DNA of 64,000 bases from Guillardia theta CCMP2712 (lineage: Eukaryota; Protista; Cryptophyta): positions 946,333 through 1,010,332 of the forward strand of contig NW_005434666.1 in the NCBI RefSeq assembly GCF_000315625.1, read 5' to 3'. The position numbers and the translations under genes are program-made. The notes beneath the pieces are model-generated. The model saw only the letters and a list, made by a program, of their open reading frames with translations. It did no database searches and was not told where the DNA came from. Below, one piece after another: positions 35,301-45,920 of this stretch. Numbering within the stretch: the first letter of the stretch is position 1; each line of letters opens with the position of its first letter.

Positions 35301-35946
35301 GCTTGGCTGTTTGCATCAGATTCGTTGTTGCTGTCATTGTTGGCTTGAACCACAACATCATGCAGCAACGCCGACGCCTCCTGCCCAGACTCCTTGAGAG
35401 GCTCCAACATAGAACGAGCGATGTCAAAGTTCACCTTCTCCCATGCAGAGAACAGAATGTTGTCTGCATCCTTCATGGTAGCACGGCGTATGAAATGAAC
35501 GCGACCAGCATGCGCTCTCCCGACGCACTCCACGTGCATCCTCAGGTAACATGTCTTCTCACCCTTAAGGTCCTCCTTGTTGTCCTCCTCCTTCTGTTCG
35601 AATCCGAAGAAGTTGCCAAGTTTGTGATACAGGTACCTGGGGAAACTCAGTCCGCCGATCCTACCTCTCACGACCTACTTCTTGGGATCGGAAGGTTGGT
35701 TGATGGCCAGATCTGACGTCAAATCCTGCAAGATCTCTTTGACCTTGTGCTCCTGCATTGAACCGTTTCAGGAGCTACGAGGACGAGCAAGCCTGCAGAA
35801 GGTCGCACCTCGAAGAAACTTTGAACAGCAGCGCGTGAGGTCGCGCTCTTCTTCTTGATGGGAGTCAACCTGTCGAGTCTGCATCACAAACACGAGATGC
35901 ATGAATGTATTTCCGACCTCCCAGGTTTCGACTTGGGTGATTCCAT
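32351..35946 (-). CDS. Phosphagen kinase (ATP:guanido phosphotransferase), two catalytic domains, N-terminal D/D (RIIa/Dpy-30-like) docking domain and short coiled coil
   Basis: Each domain has STRVRAARN, WPEGRGIFHN, WCNEED, GFLGTCPSNLGTGLRASV, RGSSGEHS, DISNKQRIG. Five upstream exons splice in frame from ATG 35946 and include FFEEHKVKEILQDLTSDLAINQPSDPKKYLYHKL. Confidence 0.92.
32394..35026. repeat. Tandem direct duplication, ~1190-bp units at 1440-bp period (32394-33586 vs ~33834-35026)
   Basis: Line-by-line identity, about six mismatches seen. Confidence 0.97.
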
Positions 35947-36479
35947 CGCTAGCTCTCTTTGATCTCAGAAGTTGCAGGGATACTTCGACGTAGCTGCTCC
36001 TTCAGAAAAATCTGTGCATGGTCCCTGAAAGGGACGTGAATATCCATGGAGAAGAAGGCTCAAAATCCTACAAAGCAGGCCACTGTTGTGCGAATCAGTC
36101 TACCCTTGCTTATTTCAACTGTTCGGCCCTCATCTCATTTTTCGACTTCATGTACACTTCTCGAACTCTCTATCGTCTCTTTGCTGCCTCTTCCCTCCTC
36201 CTCCTCCTCCCTCCCTCCCTGTAAAACCTCCTTCAATCCTCTACCCTCCATCCTCTCCGCATTGTCGGCCCTTCCATCAAAACAATGAACCAATCAACGG
36301 TCCACCCCACCATTTGTGGTAATACCCCCTTCTAAAATAATCAAATATACCGGTGTTCAAAGAATTAATCGTACCCCCCACCCCCTCAAAAGATTCTTGG
36401 CAGTTGATCAACACCACTGCGGCTTGTTTCAATTAACGGATCCTTGTGCTTTACTCACAAGTTGCTCAGTTAAACTTGC

Positions 36480-36810
36480 CCAGCCCGGCCAGTTATCACA
36501 GGCTTGTCTCCGAGTGACCGTGAGTGACGGCCCGGCCCCGCCCAGGCCACCCGGCAGAACTCCCGGGGCTCGGGGACTCAGTGACTGGGGGGGGGCGGGC
36601 GCCCTCCGTCCAAGTTAGTCTCCGAGTGCAGAACTCCGAGTCGGAGTGACTCGGAACGGTGTCGGATCGGACCGCACCGTAGCACCGTGACCGGCGGCAG
36701 TGCCGCAGTGCCGCTGGTCACCGGGCCCGGGGTGGGCCTTGGCCGGCCCCCGCCGCATGAAAAGTTTGAAAGCCTCAGGCTGGCAAGGGAGGTGACCGAC
36801 CGTGACTGGG
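36480..36810. promoter_or_regulatory. GC/CCG-rich island upstream of the phosphagen kinase gene
   Basis: CCCGG, GACTCAGTGACTG and GAGTGACTC motifs. Confidence 0.5.
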
Positions 36811-36913
36811 CTTTGAGCAAATTAGGAGCCAGATCGGACTGGTTGAACCGTTGAACTCGGAATGCAGGATACCGTAGTCGGGCCAGGTATCAACCATTAG
36901 TGTGCATGTATTG

Positions 36914-38059
36914 CTAAAGGTCATCAACAGGGGTAAACACAACCTTTTCTCCTGGTTTGAACGGAGGCATTCCCTTGTAAGGGCAACCATCGCATCGGAA
37001 CCTGTCAACATTTGTTACTAGGCGTATGGCGCACAGCCCGAGCTTACGCATCTCCCAGGTAACAATTTCCGCAGGCTGATTTTGGCGCCTCAGTTGCTCC
37101 ATCCTGCTAAAGGTTAAATCTCGGTCACAATAACGAGGAAGAAGAAACCTCAGCCTGTTGTTTTGCCAGGCCGCACGTGCAATTCTTGCAAGCTTTCTTC
37201 TTTCTCGTTGGGTTGCAATTGGACGCATCGCCAGCCTTTGGCTGCGAGCGGCATCATTCGATGATATTTGAACACGAAAACGAGGAGCAGTGTGATGGAT
37301 CTACCTGATTGGGCTGCTGTTGACGCAGCGATTCGTCTGGCATCAGCTATTCAAGTTCACTAAGTTGTCGCTAAAACAAGATCTCATAGTTACCTCATTT
37401 TCGGAAACAAGATCATTTGAATCGAGGTCCTCGTTCATTGTGTTGCTTGTACGTGTTGCATCTGATACCTGTACAGGTTGGATTTGTGGCAGGAGTTTGT
37501 GAAAATGCTCAATCTCAGCCATGAGTCCACCGCTTTCTGCCAATTCCTATCGAAAATTTCAATCTTCAACTGGTATCAAATAAATGGATCATGCATACCT
37601 TAACAATCGAATGGTCTCCGACGAGTCTTCCGTTGATATGAAGCTGAGGGAAACTGCCCACAAAATCAACCTACAATCGTTGACATGCGCGACCCACAAC
37701 CTCTTCCATTGAACCTCGCGGGCTATCCGGCTCATCAGCAATGGGTCAGCCCCGACGTCATGCGACGTGTATTCTATCCCATGATCCCTCAAGATGCCTA
37801 CCAGCTCCCTGCTCTCCTGCGTCGTGGGCTCCTCGGGGGTACCATAGATGTAGACCACCGCAGTCTGCAATTGGCCCCCATGACCTCCTCTCAGGCACAG
37901 GGTCCTGCAGCGAGCTCCTGCGAGCATTCTTCCCTGGTGGAGACTGCTCTCCTTGCTGCTCCAGCTTCTCGTCTCTCCTCGCACGCAAACCAGTGCCAGC
38001 GCCAGCGCCAGCGCAAACCAGTGCACAGACCCCGCCATAGCCATAGCCAGGGCCCTCAT
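36914..38059 (-). CDS. DRE2: Signal peptide + LRGG leader + Cys-less monothiol-glutaredoxin-like domain fused to the Dre2/anamorsin (CIAPIN1) Fe-S domain
   Basis: Seven exons joined by six GT-AG introns with consistent phase: [168 protein letters not shown]. Confidence 0.9.
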
Positions 38060-39673
38060 ACAGCCCCTACCCCTCAGCCGGTCCAACTTGCGGTCCAACA
38101 GGGTTTGCTGCAAGGTCTACGTGATCGCTGCCGCCGTCCCCGTTGCCCGCTGCTCCGATCAATGATGCACAGGGAAAGTTTGAAGTGGAGGGAGATGAGA
38201 TTTGACTAAGAACCCACACATAGTTTGCAAAGCCACGCCCCAGGAATTAAGAAATCAGCTGTCAGGTGCAGGTACGAGATGAATTCTTTGGGATGAAATG
38301 TGTGGCAGGTGGGGGGCTTGACATCCACGGGGGGAAACTATGAATTGATTGCTCAGATGACGAAACTGAAACAGGAGAAGACAATCCAAATGAAAGCATC
38401 GGAATTTCTCGACCCTGAATATGATACTAGACAGGGCGATGGGAGAGCACTGGTTGAACATTTGCTGCAGAGACAAAGATGTGATTGAAGAGGAGACTAT
38501 GTCTTGATATCGCTAGGAGGTTGTTGATCTGACAAGAAGCCATCTCAATCGTCAACGTCTCCACCTCATCAGCCCTTCCCTTGAAGAGCAACAGTCAAGC
38601 CACAAACTCGAAAATCCAAGCCCCCACATCTGTAAAACTTAAAAAGGGGGAATAAAAGTTTAATACAACTCCTCAAATATTTGTATCGTTACTGTTTAAG
38701 TTCGAAATTTTGAGAAGGTCTTGAACTTATTGATTCAAAAGGCAATTTCCAGGGAAAAGGAATGTGGCAGGGGGGTAGAAGGCTGGTGGTGGGGGGTGGA
38801 TATCACCCGTGAGGGGGGTGAAAGATATCAGCAAGGGGGTACTAATGGACAACGATTGGAACGAATCGTCACAGGAGGGTTATTGCAATTTGGGAGGGGT
38901 GGGGGGTATGATCCACGACAACATGAGTGGGTGATTGACAGAGATTTGTTTTCAAAAAGATGAGGTAGGGTACTCTACCCCACCCTCGAAATTAACACAT
39001 CCGCCTCAGATTCTTGTTGGTACCGGTGACCACTTTCACTACCCCCTTATCTGTACCGCATTTTGCTACCCCTACCCCGTCCGATAGGCGGCGATACAAG
39101 GTCGGGTCCCCAACATTTACCACCCTACCACGAAAGAAAAAGTTTTGTACCCATTGTGTACATCCCCTGGCGACTACCCGTCCATGAACCATCAAAGTAC
39201 CCCTTGTTGCTGATATTGGTGCCAACACAAAAAAGTACCCCACCCTACCTCTTCACCACCCCTTTGGTACAGGTACCCCCCACCCCCAAAACGTCCCCAT
39301 ACATCTGTGCCCCGGATCAGCTTCCTTTACTTCCAGTCGCTGCGTCCCCGTTTCCGTCCTCCCCCTTCCCCCCTCCTCGCCCTCAACCCAGTCGATCCTC
39401 CTCCTCTTATCTTTCCCCTTCCATCTGATAGTAGCTCCTCTGCCCCTTGTGCAGTGCTCATTCCTATTGCCTGACATCATACGGTGCCTGGAATACCTTG
39501 GAAACTGAGAACAAGGACAGTTGCATTCCGAATACTTCCGAATCTTTGGGTATATCATGGGAAAGCTATGCATGAGATAAGGTTGATTTGGGTGTGATTG
39601 ATTCAGAACTGTTGTGTCATGATGCACAAAGATACAAAACACATTTATCGGGGTTGAAGCGTTTTAGGGAAGT

Positions 39674-42373
39674 ATGCAACATAAATCAAGGCACAAGTCG
39701 GACAAGAGAAATGTAAGCCCGACGGGTCCAGACAAACTAGATGTAGATCCTCATGATTGGAGTTTGAAGAAGACTTTTTGGATGTTCATCATCTCACAAG
39801 CTGTTTTGTTGTATGTCTTCTCGCACATCATATGCCAAAGTGATCCAGAAGAGCACAAGAGATTGCTCATGGAGATCAAGCAGCAGTTCATCAACAAGCA
39901 GAGCTCCATTTCATCTCTTGATCCCAAGGCAGTATCATTGTCAGTTGGAAAATCCGCTACGAGCACAAGGATGGAGGCTGCCAAACCTATCGTAAGCAAT
40001 GTTCGACTTGATCCGATCATGCCCAACTCTCAGGCAAAGAATGAAGTTGTTCGATCCAACGAAAGTCCGGCGATACCACGTGTGGACGTCAGTACGAACA
40101 AGCCCGACGGAAAGTCAAGTCCTCTTGTCAACGCACCTCTTGTTAACGCACCACTCGCGAGCAAGGCTGAGCAGCCAGCTCTCGCTGCAGCTCCGAAGGT
40201 GCAGCTGGAACCAAGTCTGCAAGTCGCACCAGCGTCGGGGGGCGTGCGGGCACCTGATGAGCGAGCAAAGTCGGGACAGGGCGTGTTTCGTCTGATGGTC
40301 CTCACATGCAATAGACCGGAGGCTCTCAAACGCCTGCTGGCCTCGCTCAAGGGCGCGGACTATATGGGGCGTACAGCCAACCTCCACGTGTTCCAGGACC
40401 TCCTCGTGAGTGGGACGGCAGACGCGGACACTAAGAAGATCCTGCAGGACTTCCAGTGGCCGTTTGGATCTAAGAATATTGATGTAGCGAGAACCCGACA
40501 AGGCCTTCTCCTGTCCTTTGTGAATGCGTGGAAGCCGTCTGGGCCGGCCGATGACAACGATGTCGCAATTTTCTTTGAGGACGATATTCAGGTGTCTCCT
40601 TTTTTTGCCAAGTGGTACCTTGAAGCGCATGAGAGATTCCGGTACGATGCGTCTGTTTGTGTCTTCTCGGCCATGCGAGCACAACTGCGAGCCAGCGATC
40701 CCCATGGAGAAGGAGAACTCGGAAATTCCTTACCTGGCGATGTCAACGTTTTCAAGTACAGACTCGTAGGGACGACATCTCTATCCCCTCTGGCAAGTCA
40801 GTGGATCGAGTTCAGAACTTGGTTTGAACAGGCCTCCAAAAATCCCAACTTCTCCCCTGTTGTCGAGGGGATTCAGCCCACAATCTGGTACTTGGACTTG
40901 AAGAATACCGGGAATGAAGACAAGATGTGGGTCATGTGGTACATTAAATTCATGTCAGATCGCAACTACTACTGCGTGTATCCTTGGATACCCAGCAGAC
41001 ATGCTCTCGTGGCAAAGTGGAACGATGCAGATGCAAGAGCGGGGAACCAGCTGTTTGCCGACAACAGGCTTGTTGATTCTTGGGATCGAAACTTGGTCGT
41101 CTGGCCTTCTTACGTCCCAACACTTGACTGGAACGGTCATGACAAGATGCTGCAGCCGCAAGTGTTGAGGCAGAGGCTGTCCTGCGATGGCAAGACATCC
41201 ACTCTCAACCTCCCGAAGTTGCAGGCGGCCATGCAGGGCATGCCCAAGGATGTCGTCATTCTGCATTTCATCAACAGTGCATTCATGCCATTCATGCTGT
41301 CCTGGCTCTGCAACACGCAGCAGATGACAGGAGTGCATGAAAGGACCCTCGTGATAACAACTGACGCTGGGAGCGAAGAGAGAGTCAAAAGATTCTCGAG
41401 CAGAGTTCATGCCATGTACCTGGAAGGATACAACGGCATCAATGGCAACTTGGATTTTGATTCTTTGGGTTATCGCAGGATGCTGAAAGCTAGAATCGAG
41501 ATCATCATCTCCGTGCTACAGAAATCCGATCTCTTGTTTCTCACCGAGCCAGACGCCATCTGGATGAACAATCTTTTGGAGATCAAGGAATTCGTTAACT
41601 CGCCGAGTGATCTGATAGGATTCGACGATGAACAGGGGGGGAAGGGAGCAGGGTTTGTGCTCATGCGTAACAATGCGGCAATCAGCTGCCTGTGGAGGAA
41701 GCTGCTGGAGAGACAAGAGTTAACGTTGGCGCCCTACGAGGGTCAGCCCAACGAGATTGTAACGTATGACGACAACGACCAGAAGTACTTCAACGCCCTC
41801 ATCCAAGACATGGAGGCCGCGGGCATGATGAAATCATCTACCATGGACACGTGCAAGTTCCGAACGGGGAAGTGGTACAAGAGGGAGGAGTGGAAAGACT
41901 ACATGACGTGCCTAAACATCGTCCCTGATATCCTCAACTTCAACTGGATGGTCGGCAACCAGCCAAAGATCCAGCGAGCGAAGCTGTACGGCCACTGGTT
42001 CCTAGAGGAGGACGGGCAGACTTGCAAGCCCATCCAAGAAACTCTAGCGCGAGCAAAAACTTCCTTCACTGGCGGTTTTTCAGCGGGGCAGGTGGCCTTA
42101 CCCTCGCCCCAGATTCCTTTTTCCCAGCCCGCGATACCGGGAAACAATTTCGCTCCCTCGCAGTTCAATTTTGCCGGGCAAGGGAACCCGTCCAACTCCT
42201 TGGGGCTGGGCTATCAGCCCATGGTCAACTCACAGCAGGTACAGCAGGGAGGGCAGTCGAACAACCCGTACGGAAGGTTCCGGATCAACCCGGCGGTCCA
42301 CCAGAGGATCAACAGCCTTCTAGCCGAACGATTCCGCCGTGTGGGATCTGTACGGCATTCGACGAAGCGATAG
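39674..42373 (+). CDS. Type II membrane glycosyltransferase with two catalytic domains (GT-A/GT2-like + GT77 nucleotide-diphospho-sugar transferase)
   Basis: N-terminal TM (FWMFIISQAVLLYVFSHII) and Pro/Ala stem. Domain 1: VLTCNRPEALKRLLASL..FFEDDIQVSP. Domain 2: FINSAFMPFMLSWLCN..TEPDAIW..GFVLMR..NDQKYFN..NWMVGNQPKIQRAK..HWFL. Intronless 899 aa. Confidence 0.85.
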   Translation: MQHKSRHKSDKRNVSPTGPDKLDVDPHDWSLKKTFWMFIISQAVLLYVFSHIICQSDPEEHKRLLMEIKQQFINKQSSISSLDPKAVSLSVGKSATSTRMEAAKPIVSNVRLDPIMPNSQAKNEVVRSNESPAIPRVDVSTNKPDGKSSPLVNAPLVNAPLASKAEQPALAAAPKVQLEPSLQVAPASGGVRAPDERAKSGQGVFRLMVLTCNRPEALKRLLASLKGADYMGRTANLHVFQDLLVSGTADADTKKILQDFQWPFGSKNIDVARTRQGLLLSFVNAWKPSGPADDNDVAIFFEDDIQVSPFFAKWYLEAHERFRYDASVCVFSAMRAQLRASDPHGEGELGNSLPGDVNVFKYRLVGTTSLSPLASQWIEFRTWFEQASKNPNFSPVVEGIQPTIWYLDLKNTGNEDKMWVMWYIKFMSDRNYYCVYPWIPSRHALVAKWNDADARAGNQLFADNRLVDSWDRNLVVWPSYVPTLDWNGHDKMLQPQVLRQRLSCDGKTSTLNLPKLQAAMQGMPKDVVILHFINSAFMPFMLSWLCNTQQMTGVHERTLVITTDAGSEERVKRFSSRVHAMYLEGYNGINGNLDFDSLGYRRMLKARIEIIISVLQKSDLLFLTEPDAIWMNNLLEIKEFVNSPSDLIGFDDEQGGKGAGFVLMRNNAAISCLWRKLLERQELTLAPYEGQPNEIVTYDDNDQKYFNALIQDMEAAGMMKSSTMDTCKFRTGKWYKREEWKDYMTCLNIVPDILNFNWMVGNQPKIQRAKLYGHWFLEEDGQTCKPIQETLARAKTSFTGGFSAGQVALPSPQIPFSQPAIPGNNFAPSQFNFAGQGNPSNSLGLGYQPMVNSQQVQQGGQSNNPYGRFRINPAVHQRINSLLAERFRRVGSVRHSTKR

Positions 42374-42483
42374 CGAAGCTAGGTGGGCGGGGAGAAGGTG
42401 TTGTTGGGAGAGGATGGACATGAAGTGTGGTGGTAACGATGGAGAAGGCAGAGGAGGAGGAGAGGAAATGAATTTCAATCGTG

Positions 42484-44221
42484 CTAGAAGCTGTCTACCG
42501 GCCATGTGAGATGTCTTGACTCTTGCAGCAAGACGTCAAGGCAGCAACCATCTGCGCTGCAGTCAGCAACTTTCCCCTTGCAAGGCCATGTGCCGCACCT
42601 TTCGCTCGGTACATGGTACCCAGGTCTGCTTCACCCTCCACCACCTTGCACGCGCCATCCCCCCTGTCTCCTCGTCAGCCCGAGCAACACACTCAACTTC
42701 TTGCCACCTTGACAGCTGCGGCATCGTCGCTGCAACCTGCCTGACCTGGTCAAAGTTCTCCCTCCCCTCCTCTCGGAGATCGCTTGCGAGACACTCACGC
42801 TCGCTGGAATCCTAACAGTCGCTTCCTCCACCCCTTGCTCAGCAAGCGCGTGCGCGATCAGCGTCTGTCACATCAAAGTCACTCTCACGCTCCTCCGCCC
42901 CTTCCTCCCACCAAGAGCGCGTGACACCCTCCGTCAGATGTCAGCTCCTCCGACCCGACGAAGAAATCCGCGAGGAAGAATAGGTCTTTCCACTTGTCGT
43001 ACCCTAGACTCAAGAACCCTCTGACCTCTTGCCCGTCCTCCTCCTTCGATCTGCTGCGCTGCAGCAGGAAGCCGCTGTCCCGCATGTTGCAGGGCATCCA
43101 ACGCTGCCAGTACTCCACCTGATCCCGAACGATGGGCCCGTCGAAACGCCCACGATGAAACTCCTCGTGCATCCTCATGAGCAGCTTCACCGTCGCCTCA
43201 TCTTGCAAGTCTGCCGGAGTGACGCGATAGAAGAGGGGGACAGCTCCGACAAGGTCTTGAGAGACTCCCTCCAGCTCTGCTTCGTCCAGGATGCCATGGA
43301 AGTCAATGTAGCGCTTTGCTCGCACGGTGACGTTCTTGAACGCCAGGGGTACAGACTGGAACCCACAGGATCGATACACCTGCTCCCTCGTCACTCATGC
43401 TCGACACATCGCATCCTCCCCGACCGCCGACATGCTGGACGTGTGGAGGCTCAACAGTTGGAAGTCCGTCTGACCCTCAGCATAGGTCAGGAGCTTTCTG
43501 CACAACCCTTGCTTCCTTCGATCCGGACGCGTGCAGACTTCACCAACTCCTCCACATCTCAGCTGATCAGCTTGCGAGTAGCTGCAGGAACGACGTCAAC
43601 GCAGTCACACTCCGGTATCAGCAACATTCTTCTCTGAAATATGCGCAGGGTGCTCGAGTACTGCCAGCACGTCAAGCGGTCAGGGGGTGTGGGAAACATT
43701 CATCGATGGTTCACCATCTCTTCGCAAGATCGCTGAGAAGCTTCAGGTTGATCTTGAGCTACGAAGATAGTGTCTGCTTTCAGCGCTCAGGACCCCTCAC
43801 GGTACAGATCTTCTGCACCGCTGTTCCTCCATGGATCATTGTGATAGTGCTTGGCGAAATGATCTCTCAGCACACCCTGAAGAACATCAGGTGGTGAAGC
43901 AAACTACGACAACAACACAAGACCTTGAAGGCAAACATGGAGGATACAAAATCAAGCCAAGACTCCACCTCCTCAACTTGGATATTTCGGATTGTGAGCT
44001 GATGTTATTTGTCAGTTTCCAACTTCCTCTTGCGGCCAATCCCCCCACCCTTCCTGCAGCCTTCCACGCCCTCCCTCTTCCTCACCCATCGCTCATCTCC
44101 TCCCTCTTCCTCACCCATCGCTCATCTCCTCCTTCTGCTCTCCCTCCCTCCCTCCCTCCCGTACCTGGCCACAGTCTTCAGCCATGGTGACGACGATGAT
44201 CGAGTCCACCTCAGAACTCAT
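42484..44221 (-). CDS. GNAT-family acetyltransferase (Eis-like)
   Basis: Spliced exons: LTIRNIQVEEVESWLDFV..HFAKHYHNDPWR, GGVGEVCTRPDRRKQGLCRKLL (acetyl-CoA motif A), VYRSCGFQSV, GPIVRDQVEYW; ends LTWPVDSF* at 42484. Confidence 0.8.
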
Positions 44222-44269
44222 CACTAGTGAGGACCAAAGGAAGACACTTGCCACTACGAACTCCGAAAC

Positions 44270-44460
44270 TCAGTTCGGGGACTGCCACTGCCGAGCGGGC
44301 CCGGGCAGCAGGGGACCGGGCCCCGGGCCGGCGGGCCTATAACCGTGAACTCCCGGAGCCTGCACTTAGCCGTCCGATGGCAGCCGCGGAGACTTGAATG
44401 GCCGCAGTAACTGACTCAGCGCCGGATGCGCTGCCGGCGACTCGCGAATGCTCCGCGGGA
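44270..44460. promoter_or_regulatory. GC/CCG-rich island with TGACTCA (44412) between divergent genes
   Basis: Motif content and position. Confidence 0.5.
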
Positions 44461-44691
44461 GTTGCCAGGCACATTTAAAACTAGCTTACTTTACCGTAGC
44501 CGCTGATAATAGGTGAAAGTTTAGTTACACGAGGAGGTCAAAGGTGTTTAACTCGGATCCTTTAGATGTTGGTGGGCCCCTCAGATCCGAGGAGGCTTTA
44601 TACTACTCTGAGCCCTACAAACTTGCTCGATTCGCATGCTTTCCAACTTGACATCTAGGGCTCTCTTCCTCCTTCCTCCTCTTCCTCTCCG

Positions 44692-45093
44692 ATGAAACTC
44701 ATGGCTGCTCCTCCCACATTCCGCGTCCAGTTCATCGCCTTCTCACCCCTCGACTCTAGCCCTCCTCCAGGACCCCGACAGTCTTCGTTGGAGATACTCC
44801 CTGCTCCTCCTTCTCAGTCCGCCCACCGCCCTCCCTCACACCAAGATCCCCCAGCACCCAAGTCCCAGGCCGATGGCGGAAGCTGCTTCGTCCTCGACAA
44901 CATCCTCAAGGCCAGGCTCAAGGCCCGGAGCTGCGGGTTGCGAGGAGCGAGGAGAGAGCGCGGCTCGAGGCTGTCAAGGAGAGATATGGAAACTTTTCAT
45001 GGTGAGCGCGGATTACCAGGCCCCGATCTGTCAAGCCCGACCGAGGAAGGAACGAGCGAGAGCTCTCCCTCCTCCTCCCTGCCGCCCCCGTAG
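44692..45093 (+). CDS. Small orphan protein, NILKARLKAR family member 1
   Basis: ATG ORF of 133 aa; TATA-like TTTATA about 95 bp upstream; shares CFVLDNILKARLKARSCG with 47776-48045. Confidence 0.55.
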   Translation: MKLMAAPPTFRVQFIAFSPLDSSPPPGPRQSSLEILPAPPSQSAHRPPSHQDPPAPKSQADGGSCFVLDNILKARLKARSCGLRGARRERGSRLSRRDMETFHGERGLPGPDLSSPTEEGTSESSPSSSLPPP

Positions 45094-45920
45094 ATCTTGC
45101 CCAGGGGGCGTGTACACGCGGAGGCGGGAGTTGCTTCTGATTGTGTGCTTGCTAGAACAGAAAGAAGAACGAGCTAGTAAACATCCTGTACAGACTCCGT
45201 TCGTGACATGCTGAGAGGATGCAGAGAGGACTGCTGCATTCCTCTCACAGCCAATGTCCGCCTCTCACACACATACATAAGGTTTCAACTAGAGTGCTCG
45301 AAAGGCCTCTACAACAAGGCAAAGATCATTGACGAAGACAGGGCAAGAGCTCAGCCTCGTTGACAACTGACGTGCATGTGGACTCTTGGAGAGCATTGGT
45401 TGCCGCAAAGAGCGGTAGCCATGGCGCTGATACATCAAGCAGCATTCTAAAAGACCTAGTACGCGCGTGCTAACGTAGATGTTTGCTCTGGCAGAGGCCC
45501 GTGTTTCGTTCTTTAATGTGAATGTGTCGTTCACGTTACAGCTGTACACAGACCATCGTTAGTCTGCCTTCGCCGTGTCATATCAGCCGCCGAACAGACT
45601 CGTTCCATCGTGTTGCCATCACTTGGTGCATTGTAGCGGATGTGTACACTTGAGAGGTTCGAGACAGATGACTTCAAAGCTCGCACCATGACCCAGCATC
45701 ACTGCATCCACCCGCGACCATCACTGCCTGATCTCCCTCAGTCAAGGAAAAACTCACTCACTGTCGTATTTTCACACATAGAGGCATTGTCTGTCTTGCC
45801 ATCACAAAATGATCTGTTTGGTTGCTTCCGCTTTCAACACATACTCGTTATGACCATCTTGCTAAACATATCGTGACAGAAGGAGAGGATCGCAAAAATA
45901 CCTACCAACCCACAACACTT

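Noticed and set aside
38300-38488. Small plus-strand ORF divergent from Grx-Dre2
   Set aside because: No recognisable motif and no consistent exon chain could be built; may be a real small gene but is unsupported.
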